Below are positions 26,428-40,150 of a DNA stretch of 63,590 nt, one piece after another. The notes beneath the pieces were generated by a model, which was not told where the DNA came from, made no database searches, and worked only from the letters and a program-made list of their open reading frames with translations. The stretch is taken from assembly GCF_001194135.2 (NCBI RefSeq), contig NC_068986.1:5801018-5864607 (forward strand), written 5' to 3'. Positions within the stretch are counted from its first letter, which is position 1, and each line of letters begins with the position of its first letter. This stretch comes from Octopus bimaculoides. Lineage: Eukaryota. The position numbers and the translations under genes were made by a program.

Positions 26428-29400
26428 ATTTAAAAAATGGGGTGGTCAGGACTGGAAGGCCAGTGACTACAGGTCTGCTTAATCAGGACTGACACAGAGC
26501 TAAACAATAACGTAATATTGTTGGGATATGACAAACAGCGTATAATTTTATTCTCCAAAATTATCTTCAATTATGATAATTTAACCTTTTTATTATAAAA
26601 TTTAATTCTAATTTTTCTTACAATTCATAANNNNNNNNNNNNNNNNNNNNNNNNNNNNNNNNNNNNNNNNNNNNNNNNNNNNNNNNNNNNNNNNNNNNNN
26701 NNNNNNNNNNNNNNNNNNNNNNNNNNNNNNNNNNNNNNNNNNNNNNNNNNNNNNNNNNNNNNNNNNNNNNNNNNNNNATATATATATAAATGTAAGATCC
26801 AGGGATCAAGGTGTAGGAAGAAAGTTAGCTTCAAGCAACCCGCAGTGAATATAAAAAAAGCAACTTTCAAGAACAATAGTGGTTTATTGAAATGGAAGGT
26901 TGCGGATTTTTTTTCTATATCAAAGAACGATGAGCTGAGAAAAAGTTCTTTTTATATTCCACGGTAGGCAAGTATGCAAAAAAGAATACAAGAGATATGG
27001 AATGGAGTATGGAAAATCCAGGATACTTATGTTTCATAGCAAGTGGAACCTCAGAAGTGGTAGAATCCAAGTGAGGTGTATATACAGGTAAGAACACTGC
27101 CTTGGTAATAAGCTCTGAAGTTCACGCCTTGAGTGACAGCACTTACTAAAGCAGCCACACTTTGTTGCCAGAACCACAGTTACAATCTGTCAGATGATAA
27201 GTAGGGAGGGACAGATGGTGCATTTTGGGCCATTCCTAAGAAAATGATGACTGTGTAGTTCCCACCCTCACCCACAGCAATAATGTATATACACTGGTCA
27301 ACTACCCTAGTAACAATGTGAACATATGTTTATACGATGTACAACATAGTAAAGAATAAATCTGGGGAAGTTTACATTGGTAGCCCCATTCACAAATTGC
27401 ATTTTATGTGTTAAAGAACACATTCATGTAAATGCTCCCTATGTTAAAAAACATTTGGAGAAATATTATAAATAGGATATAGTGGTGATCATCAAAACCC
27501 CAGAATGGAATACTGGAAATCTGAGGAAAAAAGAAGCTATTCTTATTAATAAAATAAATGTCACCATCAACAACAGGCAAGAGATGTGTGACACTAATTG
27601 GATAACACTAAAAAGCTGCACATACTGCACCCTTCATCCCTACATAATTATGTAGATTAGTACTGAACTCCCAATTTTCTTTTGATAGATATTTTTTGAA
27701 GTCAAAATACTGGAAAACAAGAGGAAAATGTCAAGTTTAGTTTTTTTTTTGTTTTGTTTGTTTACATTCCTTTATTTCCAATTTGCATTGTAATGACTTT
27801 CTAAAACACAACATAAAGGTTATATTTTATTAATTAGATAATTTTACTGAATTAGTTACTGCTAAAATATGAAAAAGGTTAGGAAAAGGTTAGACAAAGA
27901 TTGTTTATTAGCATATTTGGAAAACTAGGAATTTCATTTCAACTATATTAAGCTATTTGAATTTGTTCTTATTTACAGAAAGCATGAACTAAAATCATTT
28001 ATTTATATAGTAAAAGAAAAAGAAAAAAAAAACTTTATATGAAAATTAATTCTTTTATTTTTAAAAATATCTACAGTAAAATAAACTGGTTTAATTAATA
28101 ACTGATCATTGCAACAATAATTGGACTTTTCTAATTGTTTGCTTCAAGAGAAAAAAAAATATCCATATGATGAACTTTGATGGTACAGGAATACATTGAC
28201 TTAATAATTCAATTGGTTCTAAATGTCTACTCATTATGTGAAAGATCATTAAGTCAAAGGCAAATTTCATATAGAAACAATATTATATGGAAGGTGAGTA
28301 CATTCTTGCTGATGAGACTGGATGCAAGAAGTTTTTAAAACTGTTAAATAAGGTGCAATAAAATAATAATTTAAGCATAACCAATGGTTGGATTAACTAA
28401 ATACTTCATAAATAATAAACAATCAAATATTTCCAGTTATTTTTTTATTCATTACTGAATATTTCTTTGCATCTCATTTTGGGTTCCACCACTAGATTTA
28501 TAATTATCTGATAGGTGACTGTTCTTGTTAGCCTTATTATGCTAAAACACAATAGCTTTAGCTAGAAATCAGCTACCATGATTTGGAAAGTTGGATGAAT
28601 TAAAAAGTTTTAAGATGAAAGAGTAGTAGAGAGAATATGAATATACTATGTTCATGTGGTAATTAAACTTTGAAAGCAATCATTATAAATGTTTATCATT
28701 TATTTGCACAGTTAACTGAGTTTTTATTTTATGTTGTTTTCTTTTTTTCTTTAAAAAAAAAAAGAAAATCATTAAACTGGGGAATTATTAAATGTATGGT
28801 TGTGAAGTGAGGTATTGCTGTATGAAACTTGCCAAGATTTCTGTTGATAAACACTACTCAAATAAAACAGTTTAATAATGCTTGAACACAATACAGCTTA
28901 CGCTGCAGGACATTAAAGATTAGTTATAAGCTTAGAAATTTCAATAAGTTGATGAACCAGGTTGTTAATTGTGATTGGATTTTGTATTGTGGTAGGTTAT
29001 AAGTAAACTATCTCTTATTACATATCCTTTAATGACAATTTGATTACTTTGTTCTTAATATAATGTTTTATGAATAATGGTACAAAGCAACAATGGGTTT
29101 CCATCTATTAGTAAAATGCAATAGATGTTATTGCCAGATAATTATATTAGGTGATGGTCAGACTAGGAAAACCAATAAAAAACGTCAATGAGGTCTCTAA
29201 GTCTGTTAGATGGTAGGGAGTGATGCAAGGGAATCATCCCTTACAGTCTTAAAAAAAGAAAAGCACATTGTGGTTAATAAGTTCACTTTGCAACTAACAT
29301 GATTTTATGTTCAACCCAGCACTGTGCTTACTTTAGACCAGTGTCTTCTACCATAATGTTTAACTGACCAAAGACTGAGTAGAATCAATGTGGAAGCCTG

Positions 29401-31077
29401 CTGGAGTGGCCATTCCGATTCTTGGGTGGGAGAATTTGATCTTTGCTAGGTTGAAAACCACTACCAGGTTCTTAGGTGCCTTTAACACAGCACACATGTG
29501 CTGCAAGTATTTGGGTGAGGTCTCCTGCTTGAGGATCACTTTCTGCCACCAATCTTGAATGCTCAAGAAAGTGTCATGAGTACTAACTATTCTAAGTGGT
29601 TTAATAACCCTATATGATAAAATATTTTTAGTAGAACAAGAATCATGCCAAGGTTCCTTTATTGGTCCAGATGGGAGGGAATTAGACTAAGGGTTGATAT
29701 GTGTGTGTGTGCATGTGTGTGAGTGTGAGGCCTGTTATGATGCAGAGAATTAAGACGGCTTCTTGTATTGTGAGAGAAAAGTTGAAAGTTAAACTAAGAC
29801 TGGCATAATTGAGCAAGAAAACACAACTTCATAGATCCTTAATCTAAAATGGAATAACCCAAATCTCCTTCAAACATTCAATAATCTTTAACAATGGGTG
29901 ACATGCTTAAGTTTTAAATCTAAGGACAAGAGGGATTTAAATAAAAGACAATAAAGACAAAATGGCCATAGCTAAAATGCCAACTGGATGAAGTGTCAAC
30001 CTAGATGAACAGGATAGAAATTTTATTGTGTGAGAGAAAAGGATACTCATAATAAACACGTAAGGTTTGAAAATAAAGGGATACAAGGTGAAATCAGAAT
30101 TACTGTAGCTTTAATTGATTCAGATTTTAAAATCTATAGAACATCAATTTAGGAGACGGTGTAATCTACATGTAACAATAGGCTGGAAAAGGATGATGAT
30201 GAGTTTAAGCTTTTAGAGACATCAAAAGTCTGTGAATCACTATATTTTTTTAAAGGATATTTCCAGGGTAATCTTCCAAACAATTGAAAGAATTCATTCA
30301 TGAGTACTCTTACTGCATATCTGCTAAATATGAATACTGTTGTCATCTTTTGTGCACTCATACTTTACACTGGGTACATTATATGTAATTCCTACCAACT
30401 CCTTTTCTGCAAGTTGAGCATGGCCATTTTCCAGATGTTAGTAAAATTCTGTTTTCTCTCCTGAAGGCCTCTTGATTGTAGGTTTTCCTTCATCATCATC
30501 ATCATTTAACGTCCATCTTCCATGCATGCAGAAGCAGGACAGTTGACAAGAGCTGGCCAGGTAAAAAAAACTACCCTAGGCTATTGTGTTTGTTTTGGCA
30601 GGGATTTTACGGCTGGATGCTCTTCCTAACACCAACCACTCTGCAGATTGGACTCAGTGCTTTTTACGTGGCACTAGCATAAGCAAGGTTAATTTTAGCA
30701 TGATTTTTATAGCTGGATGCCCTTCCAAATGCCAACCACATTACAATGTGGACTGGATGCTTTTAACGTGACATCAACACTGGCAGGGTGACCAGGTAAC
30801 TCGCAAGACAAGGAATTATGAGAGGGGCAGAGCATTTGAGGAGGGGAACTTGTGTCAGAGGATGATAGGTTAGAGTGTAACAGAGAAATAGTGAGGCAAA
30901 AATAGGTGTCTTGCTACAGAGGAGGTAAATGGTTACCCAGTGAGAGAGAAAGAGAAAAGAGATAGAGAGTGAGAGAGAAGTACAAGAAAAAGGCCAGAAA
31001 CAAGTGTGCTGATGTGAAGGAGATACTTGGTTACCTAGTCAGAAGAAAAACAAGAGGAGGAGAGAGAGAGTGAGCAA

Positions 31078-31149
<72 letters not shown>

Positions 31150-31399
31150 GCAGCAGCAAAAGTGTAAGAGAGAGCAGAAGAGAGATGGTGTAGTGCTAGG
31201 GTATACTCACAAGTAACAAGGATCTGAACATAGAACCTGGATAGAAAAATAGGGTGGGTGTTGGGGGAGGGGGCAGTGATGCAGTGAGGGCAAGAAAGGA
31301 GATTGGAAAACAATCATAGTTTATGAAGAGGAAATGTGAAGAAGATAAAGATGCAGCTAGGAGTTGTTTGGTTTTTTGGGGCAGAGTGGGTGAAAAGTG

Positions 31400-32340
31400 T
31401 GCTGTTACATGTGGGTGGGACACAAATCTTCTACCATTCAGTTTCATGGACAGGAAGAGCCTCATATCACCAAACATCTTGGTCCATTGTCATTTCCTCC
31501 ATGAGCCCCAAGATCAGTCCTTACCACTTCATCACATATCTTCGTGGACCTCCCTCTTCCACAGATACCATCCACTTTCAGTGACAAGCACTTCTGTATA
31601 CAGTTGTCTTCACTCCTACGCATCACATCCAAACCAATGCATTCTCCTCTCCTGCATTACCACATTTAATCCCTCTTATGCCTAACTTTTCTCTCAACAG
31701 TTGTGCTTTGTCAGTCATGCACACTGATGTTGCAAATCTAACGGAGCCTACTACCTTCATTCCTCTCCAGTTTATGTACGTCCTCTGCAGTCAGAGCCCA
31801 TGTCTCACTACCATGTAACATAGCCATTCTCACACAAGCATACAATCTAGCTTTTGCCCTGAGAGAGAGTTCTTTTGCTGCCAACAGAGGTAATAGTTCT
31901 CTGAACTTCTTCTATCTTATTCTTATTCCAGAGAATAATAAACAGGAGGGGTCTAAGAACCAAACCATGACAATGAATTACCTGCATGTTAAATTCTCAG
32001 CTGAACTTGATTCTAGCTCTCACCTTTCTGACAGCATTTTTGTATATGGCTTGTATATGGCTCTCACAAACAGTTCAATTACATCTAGTGCTCTTATACC
32101 ATACACCATCAAACTTCAGGACATGGTGTCCTATCATGAGCCTTCTTCAGGTTAAAAAAATGCAAGGTACAATAGCTTGCTCTTGGTTGAGAACTTCTTT
32201 AGTTATCTCATTAGGAAGAGAGCATCAATAGCACTCTGTCGTGGCACAAGCACAAACTACATCTCACTTAAAGCTGATTCTTTTCTTGATACAAAAATCA
32301 ATATTTCATTCAACAGTTTCAAGGTAAAAACAATATTCCA
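31400..32340 (-). mobile_element. Fragmented RTE LINE remnant
   Basis: Minus-strand remnants RQSAIDALFLMR*LKKFSTKSKLLYLAF (RT domain 3 region, about 32000-32260) and 3' RT region homologous to 21000-21300. Confidence 0.7.
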
Positions 32341-34291
32341 AGGGAGTCAACAGTTGCTCATGGCTGACAATGTAATTTTGACATTTATAAATTGAAATTT
32401 CCAGAAAATAAATTGTACAGGAGATAGTGATGTGATGTGCATTTGGCATTTCTTGAAATGTTTGAACGTCTAGTGTTGCTAATCAAATTTTTAGATTCTA
32501 ATTAGTCTCAAGTCAGCCCAAATCTACATTATCCAATGCTAATTTTTTTTAAGATGGCAAAATTTGATTTGAGAGTGATTTCGCTGCTATTGCTATTTGG
32601 TTGTGTGAATACATAGATACACTTATAATATTGCACATAGAAAATTCAAGTCAAATGCTTTGGAATGAGAATGGTAGATGACATTGCTTGTTTAAGAATA
32701 TATGAAGTTAGTGACAATTGTGACCATATAGTATTTAGTACTTTGTTACATATGGTAAACCCTAAGAAGAGATAAGGGAATTCAGGTAAGCTTTTACATC
32801 AATTAAACATATATTTGGAGTAATATCCTGATGACACAAACGTCAAGTCAGAGACTTAAAGCCAAGACAACAACAAAAAAGTGAAAAAGGTTGTTAGTTT
32901 ATTGAGCACAGGTCAGCAACGGCCAAGCTGACTATGATGAAAGATGTTCCAACTATGACCATGCTATTTTTTACTCAAACACTGTATCTAAGACTATATT
33001 ACCTAATAGTTCCCTGGATGATAACATTTCAACTTTTGTTATTTTGGTCAACTCAGATTCGTCACCATAATGTAAATGCAAAAACACTTAAGTGTCAGAC
33101 ACACCAGAGATACAAAATGAAGTTAGATATGTACTAACTGTACAACTTAGAGGCATATGGATGTTCATGAAAAAGCCCCAAAATATGTTAGGATGTAATA
33201 CATGGTCAAAACCTGCTTTCAACCAGCAGCATCTGTTATGTAATATTCAAACCTTTTTAAGAAAACGTAGATACACTAATACAATGCAGGAATGTTACCA
33301 CAACACTTTCCGCCATCTGATCTGGACAAATGCAAAACACCAAAATAGCTAAAAATAGTATAAAATGAAATAAGATAATTTCCTCAATTGGGCCTACTCG
33401 CAGCTTGGTTGCAAGCACCTATGATTTTCTTCCATATGTAACATCTGACTATCATTTGCAAAAAGAAATCGAGTAGTAACGCCATTTGACAATGCCTTGT
33501 AACTTGGATTGAATGAGTCAACAAAAGAGCCTCAGAATGGTCGCTGCTAAAATAGCAATAAAATCTCTCCAAAATCACGCCACACTGCCTTAAAATAAAG
33601 GATACAAATCGATAATATAGTTCAGAGTATACCAAAGCTTGAAAAAAAAATTTGAAGAAATGGTCATGGTTAGATTGCCTTTGATTTATAGGTCAACTTG
33701 ATCAGGACTGACCAAGGGGCTAAGCAACAACTGGAATGGAAATCTAATTAGACCACAAACCAGATGGGTTCGTCCATACAAAAAAAGCATCAGGTAGTTT
33801 ACTGTAAAACGAGCTTGCAACTGAGGGATGGACGAGATCTACGAACAATAGTTGAACACACATGACTGCAGTATGTGGTTCTGGCAATGTTTGTTAATAA
33901 TAGAAATTAATATGGAAAATTGCACATCTGATCATTAAAGATTTATGCAACAACGCCACTCACAAAGCTCCGTATGTTTTCTCTCTCTCTCTTTCTCCCT
34001 CACACACACACAAGCTCTCTCACTCTGAATATGAAGTGGCGGTAGTGGTGGTGGTTAGTGATGTTTAACTGGATCCATATAATTTCTCCTTTCCTTGTTA
34101 CAGTTAGTGAAAATGAAAGAGAGAATCTCTGGGACAAGTGCATATCTAGCAGTAGCAGAAAAATGGGAGCGATGTAATAAGACACATAAACACATATGTG
34201 ATCGATTACAAAAGATGCGAAATATTAACTGACAGGTTCTTATGACATAAATGTGTATATGCATATATGAAAGAGAAAGACAGTGGGATAT

Positions 34292-34336
<45 letters not shown>

Positions 34337-34402
34337 NNNNNNNNNNNNNNNNNNNNNNNNNNNNNNNNNNNNNNNNNNNNNNNNNNNNNNNNNNNNNNNN
34401 NN

Positions 34403-34468
<66 letters not shown>

Positions 34469-35028
34469 TTCGAATTTATGTATCATAGAAACAAGAATGT
34501 ACTTATACGAAAAAAAATGAAGTGTATAATTTATAATGTGTAGCCAATATCAGCTTCGACTGAAAAGATCAATGATTAAGGGTGTTCTAACCCTGAACAT
34601 ACTCGGTTATTTTTCTTTCGTTTTCGAGCAGTATATTTTGGATTACTTAATAATGCAGCCTTGCTTGTTTAAGACAGTAAAGGCGTGGTTTAAAGGAGAT
34701 TCTTCTGTTATTTCCAGCATGTCGACCAACTACGTAGAGGCCTTAATTCATTGGTTTGAGTAGTGATCGTGATAATACTTTATAATATTCTTGTACAGCT
34801 TTCAATAATCTAAATTTTGTCCCTGAATGGGGCAAAATATGTATTCAAGTACATTCGTTAGAAAAGAAAGAGAGAGAATGTGTATATGTATAAGATCGCC
34901 ATATCACTGAATGAAACGACTTAAAAAAAAAGCTGTTGGACCTATTCAACAAACAGAACAGTTGTTTTAGTGACCTCACCTATTCTTTCTTATGATTAAT
35001 TACATCGAGCATAGGCAAACTGCTCCTA

Positions 35029-35060
<32 letters not shown>

Positions 35061-35288
35061 AGTAATTAACCCATCTTTCTATACCTTATTTATTAGTGTA
35101 TTTTACTTATTTAAGACGCAATGGAAAAGTGTGCTTTGAGTGAGATTTGGCAGTTATGCATGACAAGTCGCACGATTAAGAAGTGGCTCTCCCATTGACT
35201 CGATTATAAAGAGGTGTGAGATGTCGTGCTGGGATATCCTCAATATAAAAAAATAACAAATATATATATATACATAATGCACATTTAC

Positions 35289-35732
35289 CTTATTCTCGAA
35301 TATAGCTTCATTACATCCTTTTGTGTCACAACATTTCTTGGCACAATCCGCACTATTGTCAGCCTGAGCATATTTCATGAATTTTGCTCCCGCTGTCAGA
35401 GAGCTGTTTGTTTTGATGATGACGCTTGTATTCCTGCTATAGTGGCAGACGCCATGCTCAGCCTGTGATCCAGAAACAGATAACGTACCCGAATTATCCT
35501 GATCGGGTGTTTTTATATTTCCTCGCAGATTATCTGCCTGTTTCGTAGGTATTTGTGTTTCACTCTGGGCATCACTGTTTTGCAACAAATCCTGTTGGCC
35601 CCGCTTCGATCGTTCCAGTCTCTTACTCAACCTAATAGCTATAGAAGGTCCTTGTTCAAAGTCCTCAGCAATAAATTCTGAAGCTAAACAGTATAAAAAT
35701 ATACACGGAAAGATAAAAAGAGGTTTCATCAT
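35289..35732 (-). CDS. LRP11: LRP11-like MANEC/LDLa protein, coding exon 1 (signal peptide, RSKR furin site, N-terminal part of MANEC domain)
   Basis: ORF MMKPLFIFPCIFLYCLASE (hydrophobic signal peptide), LERSKR, then IIKTNSSLTAGAKFMKYAQADNSADCAKKCCDTKGCNEAIFENK with MANEC-type Cys spacing. 148 codons; phase-0 donor AAG|GTAAAT at 35288. The symbol is a family-level assignment. Confidence 0.85.
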
Positions 35733-35809
35733 TGTTTTAAATTAAAAAAAAGGACAAATTATAGGTAACTCATAAGCAATAACTAGACAAGCATTACACA
35801 AGACGGTCA

Positions 35810-35880
35810 ACGAACGGAACCATTTTTGGAGACGCGAGCATGCGTTAGCGGAAGTTATTGGAAATGACATTTCGGAATGA
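35810..35880 (-). promoter_or_regulatory. Candidate TATA-less promoter of the LRP11-like gene
   Basis: CpG-rich patch about 100 nt upstream of the ATG with ETS-type GCGGAAGT (35848-35855), NRF1-like GAGCATGCGT (35836-35845) and a YY1-like CCATTTT. Motif matches only. Confidence 0.4.
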
Positions 35881-37084
35881 AAATAACTTCGAAGAAAATC
35901 TCAAACATACGTCACAAAAGAAAACAGATTAATTTCTTTGCTGTTTATTTATTTTACACATATATAAAGTCAAAAAAAGAAAACAAGAAAAAAAAACAGG
36001 GTTCCGTTCAAATATGAAAAAAAAAAAAAAGAATTCTAATTGATCTTTTTCACATATAATAAAACAATTGTGTTTCGTTTAATTTTGCGATTCCATAAAT
36101 CAAATTTTATTTAACAAAATTTTAATTTTTAACGGTCGAGAGAAAAGAAGAGGAAAATTGCATATATAATCATAAATATATTTTTTGATATTTTGATATT
36201 TTTGTCATTCATTTCTTAACAGCACTGTGGAAATGGTAATGGCTTTAAATAGATTGTGATGCAATGTTTACAGATGTCTTAGTATATCTATAAACATTGT
36301 ATTCAAATTCATTTGTTATTTCTTCTTTTGCGATTATACACTTGTATGCCTTGAACACAAATAGAGTTATTTGAATAAAATACACAGGAAAATAAAAATA
36401 AATATATTCTTTCACATATGTGTTTAGCAAAACAGCCCACGCATACTAAAGAAGGAAGATAACTCTTGAAGAATCTAAACTAAACTGTTTTAGATATATC
36501 AAGCAGATGGGAGAGCATACATGCAATAACAGTCTTCTTGATTATAGAAAGTGAATTACTTTTGGTGTGATGTTTGGTGTTTGTAATCAAATTGATATCA
36601 GAGCAAGTTACTTAATATTGATTTCATATTTTGGTACAAGGCCAGTAATTTTGGGGAAGGGGATAAGTCAATTACATTGACACCAGTGCTCAACTGGTAC
36701 TTATTTTATTAACCCCAAAAGGACGAGATGCAAAGTCAGTCTTGGTGGAACTTAAACTCAGAACGTAAAATCAGTAAAAATAATGCTAAGCATTTGGCCC
36801 AGCACAAGAACAATTCTGTTAGGGCACTGCTTTGGAGTTGTGTAAAATTTAAAACTAAAAGTTGTAAAGGATTACATTTACAGTAGACACATGAGCCGAG
36901 GGTGCTGCTGTACTCCATCTCTGATTGCAGGAGCTGATGTCTCATCAGGCAGTGAAACAGCTCTGTTGGTGTTTCAGCCTCTTCCACCATGATGCCAGAG
37001 CTGCCCGGGGCCACTGATCAATGTAGGCAACAAAATTGTCACACAACACAAAGTTTGTTGAGTTAGATGTTGCACCTCTGGGCC

Positions 37085-37260
37085 AGATGTTTCTACCACC
37101 CTCACTGCTCATTTTTGCTATATCACTCATCCTCTCTCATGAGCCAGATGTAATGATTGGCTTTCTCAGTGGCTCTGACAATTTTCTGCCAACATTTTTT
37201 TTGTCTCATTTGCAGTCAGTCCAAAACTCTTGAGCACTGAGTTAACTTTTGTTCCAACAA
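37085..37260 (-). mobile_element. Short 3' fragment of a second REL-type LINE
   Basis: Frameshifted VLKSFGLT..KKNVGRKLS / ATEKANHYIWLMRED matches the C-terminal AEKASHWIWLKR-type motif of this clade. Confidence 0.5.
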
Positions 37261-37749
37261 ATCCTAGTTCTTGAGAGGATCCAGATGTTGTAAAGAAGCT
37301 AGCGTGATCATTGCCTGAGTAGCTGTTTCCGCGCTAGTGGCATGTAAATAGCACCATTTGAGCATGATCGTTACCAGCGCTGCCTTACTGACACTTGAAA
37401 AAACATTCGAGCATGTGAAAAAATACTGGCACGTGAAAAGCCATTCGAGCAAGGCCGTTGCCAGTGCCGCTGGACTGGCTCCTGTGCAGGTGGCACATAA
37501 AAAACACCATTTTGAGCGTGGCCGTTGCCAGTACCGCCTGACTGGCCCTTGTGCCAGCAGCACGTAAAAGCACCCACTATACTCTCGGAGTGGTTGGTGT
37601 TAGGAAGGGCATCCAGCTGTAGAAACTCAGCCAGATCAGATTGGAGCCTGGTGCAGCCTTCTGGTTTGCCAGTCCTCAGTCAAATCATCCAACCCATGCT
37701 AGCATGGGAGGCGGATGTTAAACGATGATGATGATGATGATGATGATGA

Positions 37750-37797
<48 letters not shown>

Positions 37798-39185
37798 TAG
37801 GTCTTACGATCAGAAATGATATGGTAATGTGATAGCTTTAAATAAATACTATTTACAAATACTAGAAATGCTTGCATTGATAGGTGAAGTCCTGAATATG
37901 TGTATAAGTGGCAAATCAGTTGTCATTACAGTATAGGAGAAAATGCTTTACAGTGTTTATTCCTACTCTCTGTGCTTAGCATTCAAATCCTACTATAGTT
38001 AACTTAGCATTTCCTCCTTCCATGGTTGGTAAAATGAAGTACTAGATCAGGTTGGTGGTTTAGCAGAATTGACAGAGCATTAAAGTGGATGCCTTGTGGT
38101 ATTTGTTCCAGTTCTTTATGTCCTGACTTCTTAAGCAGTAGACTTAATTTGTTACCTTGTTCAATGCTATTACCTGCTCATGGTTTGTTTAACCTTTATC
38201 ATTTAAGCTGGTTATATTCGGCTCAAATATGCTACATGCTTTATGTTCAAATCTGCCAGATCTGGTCTCTTACACCTACCCTACAATGTCATTCTAAAAA
38301 TAAACTATCTCATCAAAATCTCAAAGTGACGTGATAATGCATGATTAATTCAAAGCAATGTGAATGTGGTAAATAGCTTGCTTACCAGCCACATGGTTCT
38401 GGGTTCATTCCCACTGCATGGCACTTTGGGCAAGTGTCTTTCACTATAGCCTCAGGCCGACCAAAGCCTTATGAGTGGATTTGGTAGATGAAAAATGAAA
38501 GAAGCCCATCATATATATTATATATTATATTATATTATATATNNNNNNNNNNNNNNNNNAATCATCATCATCATTTAATGTCCATTTTCCATGCTGGTAT
38601 GGATTGGACGGTTTGACTGGGGACCGGCAAGCCAGGAGGCCTCACCAGGCTCCAAAGTGATCTGGCAATGTTTCTACAGCTGAATGCACTTCCTTACACC
38701 AATCACTCTGAGAGTGGGGTGAGCTGGCATCTACCACGTTCGGATGGTGCTTTTTACGTGTCACTGGCACGGGGAGCTGGTCAGGCGGTACTGGCAACAA
38801 CCCATGCATGAACAGTGCTTATTGCATGCCACCAGCGCAAGAGCCAGTTAGGCGGCACTGGTATTGGCCACAGATATCATTTCCATTTGATTGTGATTTG
38901 ATTTTTGATTTTACTTGATTCAATAGGTCTCCTCAAGCACGGCATGTCATCCAACGATTCAATGGTACTTTTTAAATGCGCTGGTTATGCGACACTAGTA
39001 TAGGCTATGGCTGTGATCTCACTTTACTTGCTAGGTCTTTAGTAGCTTTCTGAACTTTGCCCAAGCTATTCTTATTCTAGTGGCAATGCTCTCAGAGCAT
39101 CCCCCTCCCCCCCATTACAAACTTGGTTGCCTAAGTAGCGGAAGCTATCAACTACTTCTTGTTTCTTCCCCTGGCATGTGATGGA

Positions 39186-39452
39186 ATCCATTTTCTGAGC
39201 ATCTGCGGTGTTTATTATCCCTGTGCATCTGCCACACACAAAAGCTATCATCCCGGTTAAACTTCCTTTGATGTTGTTGCATCTCTTATGCCTCCATAGC
39301 TCACACTGGGTACATCCTATGGAGTTTCTACCTACACCTTGTCAATAGATTGAGCATAACCATCTACCTGAAGGGGTTTGTGATGTGTTTACCTTCCTAC
39401 TTACTAGGACTTTGGGTTTTGCAGCATTGACTCTAAGGCCCTTTTGATTCTA
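39186..39452 (-). mobile_element. RTE LINE fragment (PHD region) abutting the PLE
   Basis: Homologous to 21430-21700: GLRVNAAKPK...GRNSIGCTQCELWRHKRC...FVCGRC. Confidence 0.8.
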
Positions 39453-39962
39453 AACCTTTTCAGAGAGGAAAGGCCTCTCTGAAAAGATACAAAAGATATG
39501 CAGCCCATATGACATCAAGACAGTATTCAAGAGTAATACAACACTTCGTAAATATCTCCTTCGAGTAAAACCTCCAAAAGAAGAGAATATGACCAAAAAC
39601 TGCATGTACTCCATCTCATGCAGCTGTGGTAGGTTATACAAAGGCGAAACATGGCACCCCCTCAAAATAAGGGTAGACGAACATCGCGAAGCTGTGACAC
39701 GAGGAGATATTGATAAATCAGATATAGATGATCATGTATGGAAAAATGGAGACCACTTCTTCCTGTGGGATGAAGTTAAAATAATAGACAGAGAACACCA
39801 CTGGAAAATACGAAAACTAAAAGAAACAGCACATATGCTAGGACACAACAACCTCTTAAGCAGACCGAGTGCAGATATGAATAGAATATGGGAACCGGTA
39901 TCAAGGAAGGACAGGAAAATATTAGATTTATAAGCCCTAAAATTCACTCCATAATTGCCCAT

Positions 39963-40035
39963 GGGCATATGGCATAGTGGTTAAGAGCGCAGCCTACTAA
40001 CCCCAAGATTCTGAATTCAATTCCAGGCAGTGACC
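39963..40035 (+). other. tRNA-derived (Ser-like) Pol III-type head within the PLE 3' region
   Basis: A box TGGCATAGTGG (39970-39980), anticodon-like loop CTACTAA (39994-40000), degenerate B box GAATTCAATTCC (40013-40024). The acceptor stem does not pair, so it is not a functional tRNA. Confidence 0.65.
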
Positions 40036-40104
40036 TGAATAACAACAATAATAACATCGAAAAATACCTTAGAAATGAGAACCTAGGTTAGAAATTTCCC
40101 CCAA

Positions 40105-40150
40105 GACACCTGATGAAGGCTGGAGGGTATATCAGCCGAAACAATGTGTT
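40105..40150 (+). ncRNA. Minimal type I hammerhead ribozyme motif (degenerate stem III)
   Basis: GACAC-CTGATGA-A-GGCTG(GAGGGTATAT)CAGCC-GAA-ACAA-T-GTGTT. Catalytic boxes present; stem I (GACAC/GTGTT) and stem II pair; stem III reads ACAA rather than a palindromic ACGT. Confidence 0.7.

Noticed and set aside
31967-32395. About 140-codon plus-strand frame with a single stop
   Set aside because: It is the antisense shadow of a decayed RTE RT on the minus strand.
39963-40035. Functional tRNA-Ser(ACT) gene
   Set aside because: The acceptor stem does not pair, the B box is degenerate and there is no long variable arm; it is a tRNA-derived repeat head.
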